Below are positions 19,468-29,621 of a stretch of 64,000 nt of DNA, one piece after another (within the stretch, counting starts at the first letter, position 1; the number at the start of each line of letters is the position of its first letter). The stretch spans positions 1,532 through 65,531 of the forward strand of contig SXIK01000066.1 in the NCBI GenBank assembly GCA_005772855.1, written 5' to 3'. Source of the stretch: Planctomycetia bacterium (GTDB lineage: Bacteria > Planctomycetota > UBA8108 > SXIK01). The notes beneath the pieces were generated by a model. It ran no database searches, was not told the origin of the DNA, and saw only the letters and a program-made list of their open reading frames with translations. The position numbers were made by a program, and so were the translations under genes.

Positions 19468-21405
19468 ATGCTCGAGAGCAAGGACGGAATCCTCTGGCTA
19501 CGGGACATCGCGTTTGTCCCCTCGATCCATGGCCGCGTGGCCTTCGCCCGGGAGACCCGGCGCGTCTTTCTCGGCGGGCGCTTTCCCACGGTGGCGGTGG
19601 AGCTGCCCGAGTCGCTCGGACCACGGACGATAGAGGGCATCGAGCGGCTTCCCAAGATCACCACCGTTTCTTACGAGGAGTCGAATGGCACACGCTGCTT
19701 CTTCCCCATCGACCCGTGCGACTCCATCATTGAGGCCTTGCGATTGGGCCTGGGCGAAAGCTGCGCGCTGGAGCTCATCGACTGCGACGTGGAAGACTTT
19801 CAACGCACTGAGCTTGTCCTGCCCGATTCCTACGCCGTGAACTCCCTCGGCCTTGCCCGGTTCTACGAGGCTGTGCGGCCGACGCTGCAACTCCCAGCCC
19901 CCGGCTCGCAGGATGATCAAAGGGAGCGCCACATGGCTGGCCGTCTGCTCGACATCCTGAATGGTGGCCCGCGCGGGCTGCCCGCCCTCTGCGTCATTGG
20001 ACTGGGGCACATGGAAGGCGTCGCCCGACACCTCGAGGCTGCGCTGAGTGAGGGGAGGAGCGTCCTCGGAGAGATCTCCACAGTCCCCCCGCCCTTTGAT
20101 GTTGAGATCCACGAGGTCAGCGACGAGGAGTCCCTCTACCACATACTGGGAGAGCTCCCCTACACCACTTATCTCTACGAGCTCCAGCGCTCCTCCATCA
20201 CGCTAGACCCATTCGAGGCAGTCGACAAGATCAAGGAGCTCCTGCTTGAGGCCCGCGACCGTTACCACACGAAACACTCGCAGGAGTACGAGAAGATCTC
20301 CCTCGGATCGTTCCAGAACCTGCTTCAGCTCGTCCGAAACCACTGCCTCCTCGGGAAGCGCCTGACGCCAAGCCTCTACGAGATGGTAATCGCAGCCAAG
20401 GGCATCGCGGGAAGCGAATTTGCGATTGACGTGATCGAGACCGCAAAGCGATATCCACCCGCGCACCCGAGCGAGGAGCCGAACACCGCGCATGAGCCCG
20501 GCGAAGCCTATACCGACACCTCCGGTGAGAGCGGAAGCCTGGGCGAGGAAGCGCTGTTCGAAGATTCCGTCGACCCCCCCGAGACAGGGAGCAACTCAGG
20601 TGTCGAGGCGATTCAAGTCAAGAAGCGCTACGTCGACGAGGCGAAGATCTGGAAGCGTGTCAGGCTTGAGCCTCCCCCACCCCCCAGGGATGTGAAGCGC
20701 TGGCGATCCACCTGGAACCCCAACGGCAACTGCTCGTGGACACCCGAAGATGTGCTCATCGAGAACTTCGCCGGTCACATCCGGAGCCGCGCCCTCCTCG
20801 AAAGCGGCGTCACGCAGGAGCACCTCGAGGAGTTCAAGACCTCCCTCAAGGACGGTATCCACGTCCGCGAGACCATTCGAAACCTGCACCTGGGAAAGAT
20901 CATCGTCAAGGAAACACCGCCCCCAAGGGGGCAGGTCGGCGCCGTCGTCATCATTTACGAGCCGCCAGACCCCACGCGCTTCCCGTGGCACATCACCTGG
21001 CTCCCGGAGTTCGAATGGGAGAGCGTGCTCGCCTTCTACGCCACGGCCTATTCCGACAAGCTCATCGGGCCCGGGATCGCCCGCTCGCTTTACGGCGGGC
21101 AGCTGTTCGTCCGTCCGGACCATCTCATTGAGGACGTCTGGTCCGACACGACGCTCAATGAAGCTCGCGACGATGCCGAAAGGCTTGTTCTTGCAGGGGT
21201 ACTGCACTCAAGCGATGCGTACGTGGCCTACGTTGCGGCAACTGCGCCAACACCACGCATGAAGGAATACGCTCACCGTTGGGGCAAGAAGATCATCTAC
21301 CTTCCTCTCTCGGGCTTCAGCCGTAGCACCCTACAGAAGCTGCGCCGCTTCCACGTCTTGAACGGCAAGCCAGTGCGAGGCTGGGCCAATTTGTATATCC
21401 GTTGA
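19468..21405 (+). CDS. 645-aa partner protein of the MoxR-like ATPase; function unknown, no recognisable VWA/MIDAS
   Basis: Begins 3 nt after the AAA+ gene stop, so they are likely translationally coupled. I found no DxSxS MIDAS motif. The N-terminus (ILWLRDIAFVPSIHGRVAFARETRRVF) loosely resembles the N-terminus of DUF5682-type proteins that accompany AAA_5 ATPases, but I cannot confirm that by eye. Acidic mid-region, conserved aromatic C-terminus. Confidence 0.7.
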   Translation: MLESKDGILWLRDIAFVPSIHGRVAFARETRRVFLGGRFPTVAVELPESLGPRTIEGIERLPKITTVSYEESNGTRCFFPIDPCDSIIEALRLGLGESCALELIDCDVEDFQRTELVLPDSYAVNSLGLARFYEAVRPTLQLPAPGSQDDQRERHMAGRLLDILNGGPRGLPALCVIGLGHMEGVARHLEAALSEGRSVLGEISTVPPPFDVEIHEVSDEESLYHILGELPYTTYLYELQRSSITLDPFEAVDKIKELLLEARDRYHTKHSQEYEKISLGSFQNLLQLVRNHCLLGKRLTPSLYEMVIAAKGIAGSEFAIDVIETAKRYPPAHPSEEPNTAHEPGEAYTDTSGESGSLGEEALFEDSVDPPETGSNSGVEAIQVKKRYVDEAKIWKRVRLEPPPPPRDVKRWRSTWNPNGNCSWTPEDVLIENFAGHIRSRALLESGVTQEHLEEFKTSLKDGIHVRETIRNLHLGKIIVKETPPPRGQVGAVVIIYEPPDPTRFPWHITWLPEFEWESVLAFYATAYSDKLIGPGIARSLYGGQLFVRPDHLIEDVWSDTTLNEARDDAERLVLAGVLHSSDAYVAYVAATAPTPRMKEYAHRWGKKIIYLPLSGFSRSTLQKLRRFHVLNGKPVRGWANLYIR

Positions 21406-21447
21406 GGCGAGAATGAGAATGGGGCCCGTCGTCCCTGCGCACTTTCG

Positions 21448-21768
21448 TCAGTTCCGGCTCGGCCCCTGCTTCTTGCGGCGACCCGGGGTACGGCTGCGTG
21501 GATCATGATCCGGCCCCACCGGCATTCCGGTCGTCTCACTGGCCACCGCCGAATCGCCATTGGAGGAGGTCTCGAGGCTTGCCCGTGGGGAGCCGAGATT
21601 CTGCTCGAGCCACGCCTCGATGATCGACTTGCGAAAGCGCCACTCCTTCCCAATCTTCGCTCCAGGAAGCTTGCCCTGCTGAGCCCAACGATAAATTGTC
21701 TGCCGCTTCAGCTTCAAGAAGGTGGCGAGCTCGTCGATTGTCAAAACCTCGTCATCGAAAACGGACAT
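21448..21768 (-). CDS. Small helix-turn-helix DNA-binding protein (excisionase-family HTH_17-like)
   Basis: LTIDELATFLKLKRQTIYRWAQQGKLPGAKIGKEWRFRKSIIEAWLE matches the excisionase/MerR-like HTH_17 pattern; basic disordered tail. Confidence 0.75.
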   Translation of the reverse strand: MSVFDDEVLTIDELATFLKLKRQTIYRWAQQGKLPGAKIGKEWRFRKSIIEAWLEQNLGSPRASLETSSNGDSAVASETTGMPVGPDHDPRSRTPGRRKKQGPSRN

Positions 21769-21832
21769 AGGAATGCCTCCCGCGGTACCGGCAATCGAGA
21801 GCTTGATTTTTCGGATGAATAACTGAAGTACC

Positions 21833-22366
21833 CTATTCCAGACGCGTGAGCGAGCATAACCCAGAGACGGGAGACGTTACCAGTGGGAGACTCGGATTCC
21901 GTCGGAGGAACTCCTCAGCCCAGCGATATCCCCTCAAGAGATCCAGGCACGGCTCGCCAAGAATCGCTGTAGCCGCGAAAAGCGCCTCGATGCTCGCAAG
22001 GCCACCGTCAGGGTCCTCGTGGATTTTCGAGACGCGAGGATAAGCCGTCAGGATGCCCCGTGGCAGCGAACGATGCTCGAGCCTTGCGCCGTCGAGAATC
22101 TTCAATCGGCTAACGAGCTTCGGGAGGCGAGCCCAGGTGGAGTCGAGCAGCACAAGCGCCCCTTCACCCGACAGGAACGAATGATCGGCTCTCGTCAGAG
22201 TTGGACCGTCGATTGAGAGCAGGATGCCCGAGCCCACCTCAAGCTTCGCTGGCGCCCACGCCGGGGACTCAAGCCGTTGAAAGGTAACGTCGGGGCGACC
22301 TTCGAGGGGCGTCAGCGAGCACTTCCGTCGGTTCTCCTTGTGGTCCTGTATGACCCAGATCCGCAC
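21833..22366 (-). CDS. DTW-domain protein (TapT/Tsr3-like aminocarboxypropyltransferase family)
   Basis: N-terminal VIQDHKENRRKCSLTPL and a downstream LLDSTWARL (D-T-W) motif, as in DTW/Tsr3 acp-transferases; about 177 aa. Confidence 0.65.
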   Translation of the reverse strand: MRIWVIQDHKENRRKCSLTPLEGRPDVTFQRLESPAWAPAKLEVGSGILLSIDGPTLTRADHSFLSGEGALVLLDSTWARLPKLVSRLKILDGARLEHRSLPRGILTAYPRVSKIHEDPDGGLASIEALFAATAILGEPCLDLLRGYRWAEEFLRRNPSLPLVTSPVSGLCSLTRLE

Positions 22367-22384
22367 GACGCCATACCTCCGTGC

Positions 22385-23527
22385 TCAGACGGCCTGACGC
22401 TGCAAAATGAGCGCATCAAGCTCGAGCTTCAACCGGTCCAGCACCTCGTTGTAGCCGAACGTTCCGATCTCGACGTCCTTCTTCTTGAAGTTCACGTGGC
22501 GCGAGCCGCACCAGAGGCCCAGGTCGGCTTGGTCGGTCTCGCCCGGGCCGTTCACCCTGCAACCCATGACTGCGATCGTGATGTCATGCTCCTTGGCGTA
22601 GTGGGTCAGTTCCTTCACCTGAACCGCGAGCTCGACAAAGGCCTCGTTCTCGACTCGAGAGCAACTCGGGCAGGAGATAATGTTAAGGCCTCCGGAAAGC
22701 TGAGGGACCGACCGGAACCGACCGTTGCTCATGTCATCGAGAATTTCGAGCCCAGCCACCACCTCCTCATACTTCCTCGGATTGGGAAGCGTGAGCGAGA
22801 CACGAAGCGTGTCACCAATTCCTCGGGTGAGCAGTTGCTCGAAAGCAATGCGCGTCTTGATCACGCCGTCGGGCGGCAGCCCCGCCTCCGTCACGCCAAG
22901 GTGCAAGGGCACCTCCGGCCGCTCCTTGGCGAAGCGTGCGTTCGCCTCAATCACGTTGAGTGGATTTGAGTCCTTGAGCGAGACGACGAACCGCTTGAAG
23001 CCGATCGAGTCGAGGATCTCGGCATGGTCAAGAGCGCACTGCACCATCGCCTGAATGTCGTCGTCCTCATACTTCTCCTTGTAGGCAGGGTCGACGGAGC
23101 CGCAGTTGACACCCACGCGAAGCGCGCAGCCATGCTCGGCAGCCGCAGCCGCGATGAACTTCACCTTGTCCGCCACCGGCTTCGTTTTCTCCACGTGGTA
23201 AAGGTGCCCAGGGTTGTACCTGACCTTGTCGACGTGAGGGGCGACCCGGGTGACCAGGCGGTAGTTTTCCTGGAGGTCCACGACAAGGTTCGCCGGCGTT
23301 CGCCGGCGAATCTCCGCCAGAGCCTCGACGTCCTTGATGTTGTCGCAGGCGACTCGGACCAGGCCGGCGCCAGCCTTTCGGATCGACTCGGCCTGCTCCA
23401 CGGTCGCCTCGATATCCTGAGTATGCGTGGCGGTCATGCTCTGAACGAGGATCGGATGGCCACCACCGATGAAGTGGTTCCCCACTTTCACCTCGCGCGT
23501 GGGGTTGCGCGTGAAGCTCAGGCTCAT
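22385..23527 (-). CDS. ispG: 4-hydroxy-3-methylbut-2-en-1-yl diphosphate synthase (IspG/GcpE)
   Basis: ORF 22385..23611, trimmed to [32 protein letters not shown].... Conserved GcpE core and the C-terminal [4Fe-4S] cysteines (CPSCSR...GCRVNGPGE). Confidence 0.92.
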   Translation of the reverse strand: MSLSFTRNPTREVKVGNHFIGGGHPILVQSMTATHTQDIEATVEQAESIRKAGAGLVRVACDNIKDVEALAEIRRRTPANLVVDLQENYRLVTRVAPHVDKVRYNPGHLYHVEKTKPVADKVKFIAAAAAEHGCALRVGVNCGSVDPAYKEKYEDDDIQAMVQCALDHAEILDSIGFKRFVVSLKDSNPLNVIEANARFAKERPEVPLHLGVTEAGLPPDGVIKTRIAFEQLLTRGIGDTLRVSLTLPNPRKYEEVVAGLEILDDMSNGRFRSVPQLSGGLNIISCPSCSRVENEAFVELAVQVKELTHYAKEHDITIAVMGCRVNGPGETDQADLGLWCGSRHVNFKKKDVEIGTFGYNEVLDRLKLELDALILQRQAV

Positions 23528-23591
23528 TACTGTGGATTCCTTGTCAAAAAGTGAAGTCGAGGATTGTAAGACTCGCCACGACCGGGGGTCA

Positions 23592-25949
23592 ATGGAGATC
23601 AACGCGTGCAACCGAGTCTTTTTTGCCCTCGCAGCCTTGATGGCCCTCGTCAGCCGGATCGATGCTCAGGCACCACCCCCCTCTGCGGGGCGTCCTGTGC
23701 GCACGATCACTCTGGAGGGACGGGAGCTCTATCCCGAGGAGACCATCCTGGAGAGAGCCGGCATTCGTCCCGGCGACACCTGGACGGAGGCCTCCGAGGC
23801 CCGGGTCCTGGAGCGGCTTGCCGCATGGCCTTTCCTCGCCTCGGTGGGCTTGCCCCGTGTACTTGAAGCGCCCGATGGCGGCGTCGATCTATTCCTTCCC
23901 GTCCGTGAGCTACGGACCACGGGTCGCATCACCTTTCACGGCAACGATTCGCTCCTCTCGGCGACTCTGAAAGAGGCGTCAGGGCTGGCGAAGGGCGCCC
24001 CACTATCGGAAGACTCAGTCCGGGGGGCCGAGGAAGCAATCATCGATCGCTACCAGGACGACGGGTTTCTGCTGGCCTCCGTCGACGGCGTGGCCACGCC
24101 CGGCCCCGGCGGCCGGGCCGACCTGGACTTCACCGTCCACGAGGGCCGCAGGGTCTACTTGAGCGCAGTTCGCCTGGAGGGGGCCTCGCAGGTCCCGGCC
24201 AACGAGGTCCTGAGTCTGATCGAGACTCAGCCGCGCCGTCTCTTCGGACTCATCACGCGCGGCTACTACAGACCCGGCAGGATCGAGGCCGACCTGGATC
24301 GTCTACGCCGAGTCTATTGGTCGAAAGGGTACCTCGAGGTCGAATTGGGCTTCGGAGGAATCGAGCTCAACGAGAAACGCAATGAGGCGACCTTGACAAT
24401 CCAGGTGCGCGAGGGCCCTCGCTACGAGATCCGGAACGTCCGGATCGAAGGCCAACGGCTCTTTTCACGGCAGCACCTTGAGCTGGACGGATCGCTTCCT
24501 TCGGGGGGCTTCTACACAGGCAAGCTGGTTGAGGACACCTACCGAAGAATTCTCCGCTGGTACCAGGAGCACGCCGACATCGCCCCCGTGGTCCGCGTGC
24601 GCCACGAATATCCAAGCCCACTCAGGGTGGACCTGGTCTACGAGATCCGCGAGGAGGAGCACTACTTCACCGGCCTCGTACAAATCACGGGAAACGATCG
24701 ATCGCTCGACCGGGTCTTCCGCCGCGACGTGACGCTCGTGCCCGGCAAGCCTCTCACGGAGAGCGAAATCGAACGGACCAGGGACCGACTCAAGGCCAAC
24801 GGCATTCTGGAAAGTTTCGAAATCCGCCAGAGGCGCACCGACGACCCTCACGTGCGCGACGTTCAGATCGCCCTTACCGAGAAGCGGCAGACGGGAGGGT
24901 TCCGGGCTGGCGGGGGCGCCTCGGCTGGCGCGGGAGAAGTAGCCTACTTCAGCATCCACGAGTCCAATCTCGACATCTTTCGACTACCCGGCGGCGGGAC
25001 GGCGTGGAACCAGGCCTTTCGGGGAGGCGGGCAAACCCTCGACATCGAAGTCATCCCGGGAACACGGGAGTCCCAGTACCAGTTCCGGTTCGTTGAGCCT
25101 TATCTCTTCCGAAGCGACCTGGCACTCGGGCTCGGAGGGCTGACCAGCCTTTACGACCGGAGGAGCTACGACGAGTCCCACCTACGCGGCGCAGCGACAA
25201 TTCAGAAATTCTTCGACCGAGACCACCGGCTTTCGCTGTCGGTTGGCTACATCGCCGACGCTGTCGCGATCAACAACGTCGACTCGGACGCGCCTCAGGA
25301 CGTCCTCGACGCCGGAGGCCACACGTTTCTCGGGTATCCAAGGGTCGAGCTCAAGTACAACAATGTGGTCAGCAGCTACTTCTCGGGTCCGCGAGGCTTC
25401 ACGGCCACTCTTCGCGCCGACTTCGCCGACTCGGCAACAGGCTCGAGAGTGAATTTCGCTCGGACCACACTCACCGCCGACTGGGCCGTGGGCCTCTTCG
25501 ACGATCGAAGCGACTACCAACACGTGCTTCGTGTGAGTGTCGACGGGGGTTGGGTCGAGGGGCGTGGCGAGGCTCTGCCGCTCTTTGAGCGGTTTTACCT
25601 GGGCGGTCCCCGGTCGTTTCCCGGCTTCAGTTACCGGAGCGTTGGCCCTCGCGAGGGCCGAACGACCCTGGGCGGAGAGGGCATGGTCCACGGAAGCATC
25701 GAGTACTCGCTGCCGATGGTACGCCCCGAAGTACGCCCCTTTGCATTCTTCGGGTGGGGCGACCTCGAGCCCAGTTTCTCCCGGCTCTCCGACGAACGGT
25801 TCCGCACTGCGGCCGGCGGAGGAATTCATTTCCGCCTGAAGCTCGGTGAGCAGCACCTCCCCGCCACGCTTTACTGGGTGAAGGCCCTCTCGAGCGAAAC
25901 CGACGACCGGGAGCAGCTCTTTTCCTTCACGGTGGGCATTAACTTTTGA
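23592..25949 (+). CDS. Omp85-family outer-membrane protein assembly factor (BamA-like) with POTRA repeats and a C-terminal beta-barrel
   Basis: ORF 23469..25949, trimmed to [27 protein letters not shown] (signal peptide; ATG at 23592). Repeated POTRA-like modules ([22 protein letters not shown]..., [21 protein letters not shown]...), a Bac_surface_Ag-type barrel and a C-terminal ...FTVGINF. Divergent from ispG. Confidence 0.85.
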   Translation: MEINACNRVFFALAALMALVSRIDAQAPPPSAGRPVRTITLEGRELYPEETILERAGIRPGDTWTEASEARVLERLAAWPFLASVGLPRVLEAPDGGVDLFLPVRELRTTGRITFHGNDSLLSATLKEASGLAKGAPLSEDSVRGAEEAIIDRYQDDGFLLASVDGVATPGPGGRADLDFTVHEGRRVYLSAVRLEGASQVPANEVLSLIETQPRRLFGLITRGYYRPGRIEADLDRLRRVYWSKGYLEVELGFGGIELNEKRNEATLTIQVREGPRYEIRNVRIEGQRLFSRQHLELDGSLPSGGFYTGKLVEDTYRRILRWYQEHADIAPVVRVRHEYPSPLRVDLVYEIREEEHYFTGLVQITGNDRSLDRVFRRDVTLVPGKPLTESEIERTRDRLKANGILESFEIRQRRTDDPHVRDVQIALTEKRQTGGFRAGGGASAGAGEVAYFSIHESNLDIFRLPGGGTAWNQAFRGGGQTLDIEVIPGTRESQYQFRFVEPYLFRSDLALGLGGLTSLYDRRSYDESHLRGAATIQKFFDRDHRLSLSVGYIADAVAINNVDSDAPQDVLDAGGHTFLGYPRVELKYNNVVSSYFSGPRGFTATLRADFADSATGSRVNFARTTLTADWAVGLFDDRSDYQHVLRVSVDGGWVEGRGEALPLFERFYLGGPRSFPGFSYRSVGPREGRTTLGGEGMVHGSIEYSLPMVRPEVRPFAFFGWGDLEPSFSRLSDERFRTAAGGGIHFRLKLGEQHLPATLYWVKALSSETDDREQLFSFTVGINF

Positions 25950-27144
25950 GAAGCGCCTCAAGCTCGCTCTGGTGGGGTGGGCCAGTGACCTCGGCGTCAC
26001 TCCCGGTGTGGTAAACGTTGACCTCGCTGCGAATCCCGAAGCGGCTGGCGAGATAGATCCCAGGCTCGATGCTGAAGAGGGTTCGGGGGTGGATGATGCG
26101 CGTGTCGTGCGTCTCGAGGTCATCAAGATTGGCACCGTTGCCGTGACCTTCCTCGTGGATGGAGTGACCCGTGCGATGGAGAAAGTATTTGCCGTAGCCG
26201 GCCTTCTCAATCACCGCACGTGCGACGCGATCCAGCTCATGGCCGCGAATGGGCGTACCCGAGCGAAACGCTTCTCGAGCCTTGGCGATGGCCGCGTCTC
26301 TGGCGTCTCGCACAATCTGAAAGACGGAGCTGATCTCCTCCGGCACTCGATCGCCCACGAAGGTGGTCCAGGTGATGTCGGCGTAGATCGATCCGGGCGA
26401 CTTCTCCTTGGCCCAGGTATCAACGAGCAACAGATCGCCTCGACGCACCGGGGCCGAGTCTGTCTCGGGCACCTCGAAGTGCGGATTGGCTGCGTTGGCG
26501 TTGACACCCACGATGGATGCGTGGTCCTGCGTCAAGCCATGGTCCTGGATCCGTTTCTCGAGGTAGTCAAGAACGTCCCTCTCCGAGATCGCACGATTCG
26601 CCAGGACTTCCCGCTTCACGTGAGCGAACACCTGGTTCATGAGCTCTCTGAGGATGCGGGCCGAGCGCCGGTGCGATTCAAGCTGCGCCGGAGTCAACGT
26701 CGCGTCGAAGAACGAGACCAGATCGGCGCTCGTGACGACCTCCACGCCCATGGATCGCACGAACTCGAGCGTACCTCCATCGACTCGCGACACATAGGGC
26801 ACATCATTATTTGGCGAGTACTGCATTGCAATGCGCCGGGCACTTTTCAGGCTCGCCCTGACCCCTTCCCCAAGCGACTGCCAGGAGAGGTAGATCCGGT
26901 TCTGGCCCGGAAGCGAATCGAGCATCCCAGGCTCAATGGCGTGGGAGATCTTCTGGGGCTCCCCGCGCGCTGGCACGTAGTAGAACCAGCGCCGCGTCCC
27001 GCACCGAGTCGGGTCGAGCCCGAGCACCTTGCGGGAGATCGGATCGGCGCCTCGAAAGTCGTAGAAGAGCCAGCCGTCAAGACCCGCCTCGCGGAGCGCG
27101 GACTGCACGGCCTCGAGAGAAAAAACCCGCGTCATTGGTTCCAT
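25939..27144 (-). CDS. M24-family metallopeptidase (Xaa-Pro aminopeptidase/prolidase-like)
   Basis: ORF 25939..27201; start set to MEPMTRVF. Creatinase/prolidase N-domain, then pita-bread metal ligands (HFEVPE...DLLLVDTWAKEKSPGSIYADITWT...HRTGHSIHEEGHG...SIEPGIY). Confidence 0.85.
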   Translation of the reverse strand: MEPMTRVFSLEAVQSALREAGLDGWLFYDFRGADPISRKVLGLDPTRCGTRRWFYYVPARGEPQKISHAIEPGMLDSLPGQNRIYLSWQSLGEGVRASLKSARRIAMQYSPNNDVPYVSRVDGGTLEFVRSMGVEVVTSADLVSFFDATLTPAQLESHRRSARILRELMNQVFAHVKREVLANRAISERDVLDYLEKRIQDHGLTQDHASIVGVNANAANPHFEVPETDSAPVRRGDLLLVDTWAKEKSPGSIYADITWTTFVGDRVPEEISSVFQIVRDARDAAIAKAREAFRSGTPIRGHELDRVARAVIEKAGYGKYFLHRTGHSIHEEGHGNGANLDDLETHDTRIIHPRTLFSIEPGIYLASRFGIRSEVNVYHTGSDAEVTGPPHQSELEALLKS

Positions 27145-27226
27145 TTGAGGTAAGTTACCGGAGCAGTGGAGGGTGAGCAATGAGCGACACAGGTCAACCA
27201 CCCTGGGCGGTCCAAGATCGGCATCT

Positions 27227-27331
27227 CACCGTCACCGTCACCGTCACCAGTCACCAGTCACCAGTCACCAGTCACCAGTCACCAGTCACCAGTCACCAGT
27301 CACCAGTCACCAGTCACCGTCACCAGTCACC
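27227..27331. repeat. Perfect tandem microsatellite: (GTCACC)x3, then (AGTCACC)x10, then GTCACC-AGTCACC
   Basis: Read directly from the sequence (cacc gtcacc gtcacc gtcacc agtcacc agtcacc ...). Two overlapping + ORFs in the track translate it as HQSPVTS and TVTVTV repeats. It lies in the intergenic region between the divergent genes starting at 27144 (-) and 27606 (+). Confidence 0.9.
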
Positions 27332-27605
27332 AGACTCGAGAAGCTCCACAAACTTCTCGACAATTGCAGTTCCTCCAGGCCACGGCCCGATAAAGCGAAG
27401 TCGGGGCGGCACGGGAGAGGCTCAGTGACTCCGATATGCCGGGAAAGCCACTTTGCAGGTTCCGCCCAAAGCTTCCAGCAGCTTTCCGTTCGATACTGAA
27501 GGCAGGTGAGTAAGACGTCGAAAACGCACCCGGCATTTTTGGCCGAATGCGAAGACGCCGAGAACCTCGCGATCCTGAAGACTTGGCACTGAACTCTGGA
27601 ACCCC

Positions 27606-29621
27606 TTGAGCTTCGAATCCACCCTATCGCCGACACAAGTTCACCTGCTGGAGCAAAAAGCGATCGATGGAATCCTCGTCTACCGAAAGAGGCTTGGATT
27701 CTATCCCGAGGGGCACCCGCGCCTTGTTGAAGCCCTGAAGGCGCTCCAGGTCGCGCTGGTCGAACACGAGAAGGAGACCGGCCTCCCCCTCACACTTTCC
27801 TCTGCCGAGCCCGTGCATTCGGCATCTTCGACTCCGGCCACCAAAGCCCCAATAAATCCCGAAGTGAGCGCGCTTCGAAGGACCCTCCAGCGATTGCTGG
27901 TGCGGTCATTGACTGTCGAGGCCGGAGCGACCCCGGAGGAGCTCCGGAGACTCTGCACACTTCTGGCCCAGGATACCCCGCGAGCCGAGCGCGACCACAC
28001 CCCACTGGCGACGCCGAAGAGCTCGGCATACGTGCACTTTGCCAGCTTCTCCGAGGACGATTCAAGGGACGACTTGACGCTCAAGCCCTCCAGCGTTCCG
28101 GTTTCCCAGGTAGAAAATGCTGTCAAGAGCTTGCCGGCCGACTTGCAAGACGCCGTCTACAAGGCGATCGAGGGTCGCGGCCTGCTCGGGAGGCTCACGG
28201 TCGTCCGCGACGTTCTTTGTGCCTCCAACGCTCCGGACTCGGAGGGCTCTGCGAAGAGGATCAATCTCCTGGGGACTTTGCTCGAGAGAGCGTTCAATGC
28301 ACTCGAACGTTCCCCCGAAGGGAACGTCGATCAGGCCCGCGTGGAGATGATCGTCGAATCGACGGTAAGTTTCCTCGAGGAAAAGGCCCAACAGGTTTCC
28401 GACGCTACAAATTCCCCTGGTCAGGACTCCTCCCTTGGGGGAATTATCAACGAGCAGAAGCAGAAACTCGAATTTCTCTTCAAGAGGTGCTCTCACACCA
28501 ATCCAAAGGGCGCTCCCAAGCTTCCCGAGGCTCCCATTGACAGCCCGGCGGCAAGTGGACCGGAGAAGAAGAGCCCTCCGGCGCCCTGCGCGACTCCCGA
28601 CCCCGGAGCTGAATCAGCCCCCCTGGCGGGGCTGCCGGAGATCCAGCTCTCTCCAGGTGAAAGGCAGGAAGTTCTCAGGGACGCGACTCCCTATCAAAAC
28701 TTCTGCAAGATTGTCTTCGAGGTGCTCTCACGAGATGTCGAGTTGGCCAGACAACCAGCCTGTTGGCCAGCGCTGATCAAACCAGTCATCGAGGCGGCGC
28801 CGTCTGAGGCCCAGCTCGAGAACGCTCTGAGCGAAGCCCTCGAGCTCATCAATGACCGCAAGAGCGAAGCCGCCGAGCGTTTTCTGGGTGAGCTGATGGC
28901 CGGGATCCAGCAACCTGCATTTGTTGGGAAAATGTTGGATGACTTCGTCCTCAGGTGCCCTGGATTCCCCTCCAGCGCAACTCTTCTTCGCCACATCGAG
29001 GAGAAGAACCCGAAGCTCTCGTTCACAATCTGTCAATGGCTTCACAAGAACGGCCGCTCAGGCCTGAAGACTCTCGCGGAATCCAAGCTCCTTTCCCGAA
29101 CTGGGACCCTTGACGGCCTCTTGCGTCTCATCCAGGAGGCGCCGGATTGCTTACTTCAGCCACGGGTTCTCGGGGGGGCGCTCCTGAAACACAAGGACGA
29201 CGACATCTTCGCAGGATTCAAGCAGTATTTCGCAAGGGCAAACGAAGGGGAGGCCGACCGAATCTTCAGGATACTATCCGACTCCATCCATGGAGCCGGG
29301 GAGATCCTTGGCGCCGCGATGGAAAGCTCCAACCCGGCGTTGAGGGTTCTCGCCATCGCCAACCTGTGGAGAGCTGGAACCTCGCGTGCTTTTCGCGTCA
29401 TCGAGGCAATTCTCGTGAAAAACAATCTCGTGAAATCTCCCCACCTGGCCGAGGTCGAGGCCGCGGCGGATTCGCTGCTCAAGCTTCAAGGAGAGACACC
29501 CGAGAACCTACGTCGAAAGATCCTTGGCGAAAAGAGCTTCTTTCGCCACACCTGGCGCAAAGGGATTCGCAAGGCGCTCACAGAAGCCGCAGCCAGGAGG
29601 CAAGGGGGCTTCTCATGTTGA
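27606..29621 (+). CDS. 671-aa hypothetical protein with C-terminal HEAT/armadillo-like repeats
   Basis: No catalytic motif recognised. The C-terminus (AMESSNPALRVLAIANLWRAGTSRAFRVIEAILV...) looks like HEAT repeats. Its stop overlaps the start of the downstream HD-GYP gene (ATGTTGA). Confidence 0.65.
   Translation: MSFESTLSPTQVHLLEQKAIDGILVYRKRLGFYPEGHPRLVEALKALQVALVEHEKETGLPLTLSSAEPVHSASSTPATKAPINPEVSALRRTLQRLLVRSLTVEAGATPEELRRLCTLLAQDTPRAERDHTPLATPKSSAYVHFASFSEDDSRDDLTLKPSSVPVSQVENAVKSLPADLQDAVYKAIEGRGLLGRLTVVRDVLCASNAPDSEGSAKRINLLGTLLERAFNALERSPEGNVDQARVEMIVESTVSFLEEKAQQVSDATNSPGQDSSLGGIINEQKQKLEFLFKRCSHTNPKGAPKLPEAPIDSPAASGPEKKSPPAPCATPDPGAESAPLAGLPEIQLSPGERQEVLRDATPYQNFCKIVFEVLSRDVELARQPACWPALIKPVIEAAPSEAQLENALSEALELINDRKSEAAERFLGELMAGIQQPAFVGKMLDDFVLRCPGFPSSATLLRHIEEKNPKLSFTICQWLHKNGRSGLKTLAESKLLSRTGTLDGLLRLIQEAPDCLLQPRVLGGALLKHKDDDIFAGFKQYFARANEGEADRIFRILSDSIHGAGEILGAAMESSNPALRVLAIANLWRAGTSRAFRVIEAILVKNNLVKSPHLAEVEAAADSLLKLQGETPENLRRKILGEKSFFRHTWRKGIRKALTEAAARRQGGFSC

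Noticed and set aside
18434-21405. MoxR-like ATPase pair as the CoxD/CoxE maturation system of the molybdenum hydroxylase
   Set aside because: It is about 8.6 kb away, on the opposite strand and across an unrelated porin, kinase and ABC operon. The partner lacks the VWA/MIDAS motif that CoxE has.
21448-21768. Excisionase-family HTH gene as a sign of a prophage or integrative element
   Set aside because: No integrase, recombinase, transposase, tRNA attachment site or direct repeats were seen nearby. The flanking genes (ispG, DTW protein, MoxR pair) look chromosomal. It is more likely a stand-alone regulator.
27227-27331. Possibility that the tandem repeat is a CRISPR array
   Set aside because: The repeat unit is 7 bp with no spacers, and there are no cas genes in the window. 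It is a microsatellite, not a CRISPR.
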